A stretch of DNA of 64,000 bases, from positions 3,067-67,066 of the IMG/VR virus record IMGVR_UViG_3300033066_000493, one strand, 5' to 3'. The DNA is from a virus (taxonomy: Duplodnaviria; Caudoviricetes). Under the pieces are notes generated by a model. The model saw only the letters and a list, made by a program, of their open reading frames with translations. It did not search any database and was not told the DNA's origin. Positions within the stretch are counted from its first letter, which is position 1, and every line of letters starts with the position of its first letter. Shown piece by piece: positions 58,823 to 64,000 of the stretch. The translations under genes were made by a program, and so were the position numbers.

Positions 58823-59884
58823 TTATTTATTTTTATTTTTATATTTCCAAATAAAACCATTTGCTGATTTTATATAACCTTTGCAACATCTATTTATACT
58901 TTGTATATGTGTTTTGGTTTCTTTTGCTGCTAAGGTTTGTGATTTATATTCGTTAATCAAATTATTATTTAAATCATATTGTAATACTATAATATTTTTA
59001 CTACTATGCATATTATTAATATTATTTATTTTTCCTGTTATTTCGGAATCATCCAATTCATGATAACTCCATATATAACCACCTGCTGTTTGAATTTTAT
59101 TTTTACAACATGAGCTTATATCATTAGAATTTGTTTCATATCCTGCAATATGAATAGAATCCCATTTTTTAATAAAGTTACCTTCTTTTGTGTATTGATA
59201 TACTGGAATAGAATAACCAAAATTTTGTCTACATTTTATTTGTTTTTTAATATATTCTATTTTATCAATATCAGTTATAAATTCATATGACCAGAAAAAA
59301 TTACCAGCAGTTTTTCTATAATTATTACAACATTTATTTATATGTGATATTTTAGTTTGTCTATATGCATCTCTTACAGATTTATATTCTTTTATAAAGA
59401 GCATATTTAAATCATATTGGTATATTTTTCTAGATACTTTTTGGTGCCACTCATTAGTATTTTTCATACCTAATCGTAATGATCCACCACCACTAACTTT
59501 ACACAAATTATAACCTTTTTCAGGATTTGTAGCATCTAATTTATCTATCCAATATTCTTCTTTTATTTTCAGTTCATCTACAGAATTGCAATATTCTATT
59601 ATTTCTTTTGTAAATAAAAATTTACCATATTTTCTAATTTCTGTTTTAAATTTACCATTTTTTGTAAATGATTCCCCTAAAACATCCTCTATATAATTTT
59701 TAATTCTTTTACGTTGAACTGATTTAAACCATTTGCCAGATCCATAATAATATTGATCATTATATAAATCTCTACCAACATATATCATACCATTTTTCAA
59801 ATCGGTAGTTTTATATACAATCATATATTTGTTAATTTTAGTTTTTTTTATATATTCAAAATTTGAAAATGTGTAAAAAATCAA
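58823..59884 (-). CDS. Free-standing GIY-YIG homing endonuclease with 3 NUMOD1-type repeats (likely start 59824)
   Basis: IVYKTTDLKNGMIYVG, EEYWIDKL...GYN; YQY..N..FIKEY repeats. Confidence 0.88.
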   Translation of the reverse strand: MIFYTFSNFEYIKKTKINKYMIVYKTTDLKNGMIYVGRDLYNDQYYYGSGKWFKSVQRKRIKNYIEDVLGESFTKNGKFKTEIRKYGKFLFTKEIIEYCNSVDELKIKEEYWIDKLDATNPEKGYNLCKVSGGGSLRLGMKNTNEWHQKVSRKIYQYDLNMLFIKEYKSVRDAYRQTKISHINKCCNNYRKTAGNFFWSYEFITDIDKIEYIKKQIKCRQNFGYSIPVYQYTKEGNFIKKWDSIHIAGYETNSNDISSCCKNKIQTAGGYIWSYHELDDSEITGKINNINNMHSSKNIIVLQYDLNNNLINEYKSQTLAAKETKTHIQSINRCCKGYIKSANGFIWKYKNKNK

Positions 59885-60640
59885 TTAAACAAAATCTTTT
59901 ATTTTTTTGAATATTTTCATACAGACATCTACATCTTTTTTACAATATGTAGATATTCTTTCAACATTTTCAATCCTCTCATCTTCATTGTTCCAGTACA
60001 CTTCGCTAATTTTACTACCATCCAAATCAGATTTAGAAGTTTCAAATCCTAAATAATTAGCAACCATATCCAGCGTTGGTACAAATGAATATCTAGTACC
60101 TTGCCATTTAAGCATTATATCAACGACCTTCATTTCCCAAGGTTTAACTATTCTAGTATTTAATTGTTTCGGAATTTCAATTCCGTATAATATCATTTTT
60201 TTCCATATAACATCTATATCAAAATTAATAATATTATATCCAACTAATATACCATTTGGTGCAAATCGTATTAATGTTTTTGAAAAAACTTCCAACATTT
60301 CTTTTTCTGTATAATCATTCAAAGTTAAGGATGATACTAAATTATTACCTTCATGATCATAAACTCCCAATGAAATACACGCTATAGTTAAATATTCTGG
60401 ATATAATCCGGCGCGTTCTTCGTATATTTCACTAGGTGGTATATCATTCTTTTTATATGATTCAAATTCTTTATGTTTTTCTGTAACATTATACCATAAA
60501 TCTTGAGATCTATCATCTAAATCTTCAAATGTTTTAGTTTTTCTTATTGTTTCTATGTCAAATATGATATATGATTCATTATAACAAGATGTTTTGTTTT
60601 TTAAGTTAAGAGCAATATCTCTCATTTGTACATCAATCAT
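59885..60640 (-). CDS. DnaQ/PolB-type 3'-5' exonuclease
   Basis: FDIET, GYNIINFD, YCKKDV (DEDDy). Confidence 0.85.
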   Translation of the reverse strand: MIDVQMRDIALNLKNKTSCYNESYIIFDIETIRKTKTFEDLDDRSQDLWYNVTEKHKEFESYKKNDIPPSEIYEERAGLYPEYLTIACISLGVYDHEGNNLVSSLTLNDYTEKEMLEVFSKTLIRFAPNGILVGYNIINFDIDVIWKKMILYGIEIPKQLNTRIVKPWEMKVVDIMLKWQGTRYSFVPTLDMVANYLGFETSKSDLDGSKISEVYWNNEDERIENVERISTYCKKDVDVCMKIFKKIKDFV

Positions 60641-60667
60641 TTAATTGTCTTTCAATAGTTATAAAAA

Positions 60668-61399
60668 TTATTTTTTACCATACAAATAAACAAATTCGGA
60701 TTCTGTGTCTTTTGATATATTTGAATCCATATTATATGTTTTGGAATCTATAATTGAAAAATTATATCGATTTAACAAAAGACATAATTCGTTTGGTTTG
60801 AATCTATAAATGCCACCACTTCTTCTTTTTTCTATACCTTTAAAATTATAATTTGCGGTATTTATCCATAATTGGCCATTTTTAGAAACTAAAGATGATA
60901 GTACATCAAATGTTTCATATATTTTATCTAAATCTAAAACTTGCAAAACACCAGATAATGTTACCAAATCAAATTTTTCTATTATATTTATATCATGTAT
61001 TGAACTATGTATTTTTCTAATAGAAATATTAGAATTTATTCTATTTATTTTATTAGATGTTATTTCAGTAAATTCTTTTACTGCATCCACACATGTAATG
61101 TTTTTTATATTTTTATATTTTGGTAAAATATATTCGAAAAAATTACCAGTACCACAACCAATATCTATCCAGGAATTTATAGATTTATAATCTATAACCT
61201 TTTCAGACATTTTAATACCAGAATACATTTGTTTATTACTATTCCATCTATTTTTTTGATAATCTAATGGTTTTTTAGAAGATATATCTCTGTAATGCTC
61301 TATATTTTTATCATTTTTTATAATGACTTTCATATTTTTAATATCTTCTGATAAGATATCCAAATCATCTATTCCTATATCTAAAATTTCTTTTAACAT
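60668..61399 (-). CDS. Class I SAM-dependent methyltransferase
   Basis: WIDIGCGTG, CVDA, FDLVTLSGVLQ, NGQLWI. Confidence 0.8.
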   Translation of the reverse strand: MLKEILDIGIDDLDILSEDIKNMKVIIKNDKNIEHYRDISSKKPLDYQKNRWNSNKQMYSGIKMSEKVIDYKSINSWIDIGCGTGNFFEYILPKYKNIKNITCVDAVKEFTEITSNKINRINSNISIRKIHSSIHDINIIEKFDLVTLSGVLQVLDLDKIYETFDVLSSLVSKNGQLWINTANYNFKGIEKRRSGGIYRFKPNELCLLLNRYNFSIIDSKTYNMDSNISKDTESEFVYLYGKK

Positions 61400-61400
61400 T

Positions 61401-62207
61401 TTATATTATTTGTTTAATATTGTTTTTTATTAAATTATTTTCTATTGTAATATCATATAAATTATACGAATCGCTTATATTAAAATTTGATGTTTTATAT
61501 TGTTTTATTTTTTTATCACCACCATCATCACCAATATTTAAATAAAAATTTCCATATTTTTTATAAACAGATTCAAATGATTTAAAATCTATAAATTCTG
61601 ATAAGTGCGAATAATCTAAATTAGATTTTCTAAAAAAAGAATTAAATAATCCATTTTCTAACCTTTCATAAATACTATATCCTATAAGATTATTATTATC
61701 ATAATAAAAATGAGATACAAAATCTTTATCATTAAAATAATTATTCAGAAAATATTCTTCACTGGATGTAATAAATAAAAAATATCTATCTTTTCTTTGT
61801 TTTTTCCATAATTTCATTAGATTTATAACTTCTGTAATATTATTACATTTTTCTTTTATTGTTATTTTATCTTTATATTTATTTACAGAATTTCTAATAT
61901 TTCTATATTTTTTACCAAATAATTTAAAATATTCTTCATCAAAATAATATACATATGTTTGTCTATATTGATCTCTTTTATATTTTACATTACTTTTTTT
62001 TATAATATCTAATTGGTTTTCGGATAAATAACTAAATTTTATTTTATCATATGTTGTTAGATATTTTTCAAAATCTTTACATGTTTCAACATAATGTAAT
62101 ATATTTTTTTTCCTATCTATATAGGCTGTATATTCATCATTTAATGGTATATTATTTTTACATTTCATTTTTCTAAATTGAAATGAATTAAAATCTTCAT
62201 ATGTCAT
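61401..62207 (-). CDS. DUF2156-like (MprF/aaPGS C-terminal, aminoacyl-tRNA-dependent transferase fold) protein
   Basis: LFGKKYRNIRNSVNKY, W, LIGYSI.E, FRKS, LNIGDDGG...KQYK. Confidence 0.65.
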   Translation of the reverse strand: MTYEDFNSFQFRKMKCKNNIPLNDEYTAYIDRKKNILHYVETCKDFEKYLTTYDKIKFSYLSENQLDIIKKSNVKYKRDQYRQTYVYYFDEEYFKLFGKKYRNIRNSVNKYKDKITIKEKCNNITEVINLMKLWKKQRKDRYFLFITSSEEYFLNNYFNDKDFVSHFYYDNNNLIGYSIYERLENGLFNSFFRKSNLDYSHLSEFIDFKSFESVYKKYGNFYLNIGDDGGDKKIKQYKTSNFNISDSYNLYDITIENNLIKNNIKQII

Positions 62208-62215
62208 ATTTTATA

Positions 62216-63139
62216 TTAAAAAATTGTTTTTACATTGTTGTTTATAAATTTTATATGAAATGATTTAAATTGTGAATGATTTGGAAATCTTTTCAACTTA
62301 TAATCACATCTTTTGCCACTCTCGTAACCTATATTTACATAAAAAGGTATTTTATATGTTTCCCAAATTTTTCTATATGCGAAAATATCAATATACAAAT
62401 TTAAATTTGAATAATCATTACTATTACATTTTCTAGAATGTATTATCCAAAAATCATTATAACTTCTTTCCATAGTTGTAAAACCTATTAATATATCATT
62501 ATGATAAAAAAACAATGATAAAAAGTTATCGCCTAATATAGTCTTTACATCTTTAAAATATTGGTTAAAAAAGTTTTTATCATATCCATGCATGGATACA
62601 CCTCCACTTTTCCTCTTTTTTTCACCCCATGAATCCAATAATTTTATAACATCATCAATATTTTTATATTCTGTTAAAATTTCAAAATTCATCTTATCAT
62701 AATGATTTTTATTCCATCTTTCAACTCTATATTTTTTCCCACTAAAATTCAAAACATTATCATCTATATACTTTATCCTATGATACATAGAACTTTTTGT
62801 AAAAATCTTATTGCTGATCAAACCATTTTCTATATCTTTTTTTAATCTATCTATAGTTTTTTTGGTTACATGATTTAATCTAACAGTTTCAAAATTATTG
62901 AAATAATATTTATTATTATTTAAAAAATCATCATAATCATATAATGCTATATCTTTATCATATTTTAAAGTATATAAAATTTTATCATCTTTATAGGAAG
63001 GTATATTTACTTTAGATATTAAAGCCTTGATATAAGTATCAGTTTTTATCAATCTATCATAATTTTCATCCATGTATTCTTCATCATATATCATGTTATT
63101 ATTAAATAATTGTTGTAATAATATTTTTTTTCTTTTCAA
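62216..63139 (-). CDS. DUF2156-like protein (likely start 63094)
   Basis: FSGKKYR..R, IGFTTME, IHSRKC, VNIGYESG...YK; MIYDEEYM start shared with the paralog. Confidence 0.55.
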   Translation of the reverse strand: MKRKKILLQQLFNNNMIYDEEYMDENYDRLIKTDTYIKALISKVNIPSYKDDKILYTLKYDKDIALYDYDDFLNNNKYYFNNFETVRLNHVTKKTIDRLKKDIENGLISNKIFTKSSMYHRIKYIDDNVLNFSGKKYRVERWNKNHYDKMNFEILTEYKNIDDVIKLLDSWGEKKRKSGGVSMHGYDKNFFNQYFKDVKTILGDNFLSLFFYHNDILIGFTTMERSYNDFWIIHSRKCNSNDYSNLNLYIDIFAYRKIWETYKIPFYVNIGYESGKRCDYKLKRFPNHSQFKSFHIKFINNNVKTIF

Positions 63140-63986
63140 ATTTTAAATGAAATGATTTAAATTCAGAATAAGTTTCAAACCTTTTAGATTTATATAAACA
63201 TCTTTTCCCAGTTTCAAAACCTATATTAACATAATATGGTATTTTATATTTTTCTAATATCATTCTAAATCCATATATATCAGCATATAATGTTAAATTT
63301 GGATAGTTTATTCTATCACATTTTCTGGTATGTAATATCCAAAAATCATTAGACGTTCTCTCTAATAATTCCAAACCAACTAATCTATTATTATGATAAA
63401 AAAACAATGATATAAAATCATCACCTAATTTTTCTTTGTTATTTTTATAATATTGATTGAAAAAATTTTTATCATAACCATGAAAAGACATACCACCATT
63501 TTCTTTAGCTTTATTTTTTCCCCAAAAATCCAATAATTCTATAACATCATCAAGTTTTTTATATTCTGTTAAAATTTCAAAATTAATTTTATCGTGATTA
63601 TTCTTTGTCCATCTTTCAATTTTTCTATTTTTACCTTTGAATTCAAATCTCTCATCATCTATTATCTTTAAAATGTGAATCATTCTTATCTGACTAGATA
63701 TTGTATTTTTTAAACCATTTTTAATATCTAATTTTACTTTATCTACAGTATTTTTAGATATATGATTTAATCTAACATTTTCAAAATTATTAAAATAATA
63801 TTTATTATTCTCTATATAATCTTCATAATCATAAAGTGCTATATCTTTACCAGATTTAACAGTAGCTATCATTTTACCATCTTTATAGATTGGTACATTA
63901 ACTTTAGAAATGAATGTTTTAAGATATGTATCGGTTTTTATTAATCTATCATAATTTTCATTCATGTATTCTTCATCATATATCAT
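63102..63986 (-). CDS. DUF2156-like protein (tandem paralog of 62216-63094)
   Basis: FKGKNRK, VGLELLE, LHTRKC, VNIGFETG...YK. Confidence 0.55.
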   Translation of the reverse strand: MIYDEEYMNENYDRLIKTDTYLKTFISKVNVPIYKDGKMIATVKSGKDIALYDYEDYIENNKYYFNNFENVRLNHISKNTVDKVKLDIKNGLKNTISSQIRMIHILKIIDDERFEFKGKNRKIERWTKNNHDKINFEILTEYKKLDDVIELLDFWGKNKAKENGGMSFHGYDKNFFNQYYKNNKEKLGDDFISLFFYHNNRLVGLELLERTSNDFWILHTRKCDRINYPNLTLYADIYGFRMILEKYKIPYYVNIGFETGKRCLYKSKRFETYSEFKSFHLKFEKKKNIITTII

Positions 63987-64000
63987 GTAAATCTTTCTAA

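Noticed and set aside
519-58854. Many short plus-strand ORFs in the track (e.g. 519-794, 1281-1541, 29214-29588, 34125-34508, 40543-40977, 57078-57365)
   Set aside because: They lie antisense to well-supported minus-strand genes and show shadow composition (Ser/Phe/Ile-rich).
1-64000. Stop-codon recoding (TAG or TGA reassigned), as in some large phages
   Set aside because: Long intact ORFs in the standard code; TAG and TGA end genes cleanly (e.g. Hsp20, the UvsW C-part, ATGA overlaps).

Overview
A 64-kb, very AT-rich segment of a large (jumbo/mega) T4-related tailed phage genome in the standard genetic code. Nearly all genes lie on the minus strand. Left to right: a class II ribonucleotide reductase (runs off the left edge) and the N-terminal half of a family B DNA polymerase; a ~17-kb glycosylation island (GT10, GT11, four GT25 domains, GT2s, methyltransferases, deacetylase, CapA-like enzyme, serine recombinase); an Hsp20 gene and a G-rich AGGAGG repeat element; a block of probable internal-head proteins with T4 capsid-targeting-like leaders, many carrying an acidic pro-region followed by a cationic Gly/Ala-rich amphipathic segment (HWKKY family); a UvsW-like helicase gene fractured by a split intein with a free-standing endonuclease between the halves; UvsY-, primase-, gp32- and RuvC-like genes; tail/baseplate/fibre genes; and a 3'-5' exonuclease, a methyltransferase and three DUF2156-like (aminoacyl-tRNA-dependent transferase fold) paralogs. 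No tRNA, rRNA or CRISPR array was recognised. All family calls come from motif recognition by eye, not from database searches.
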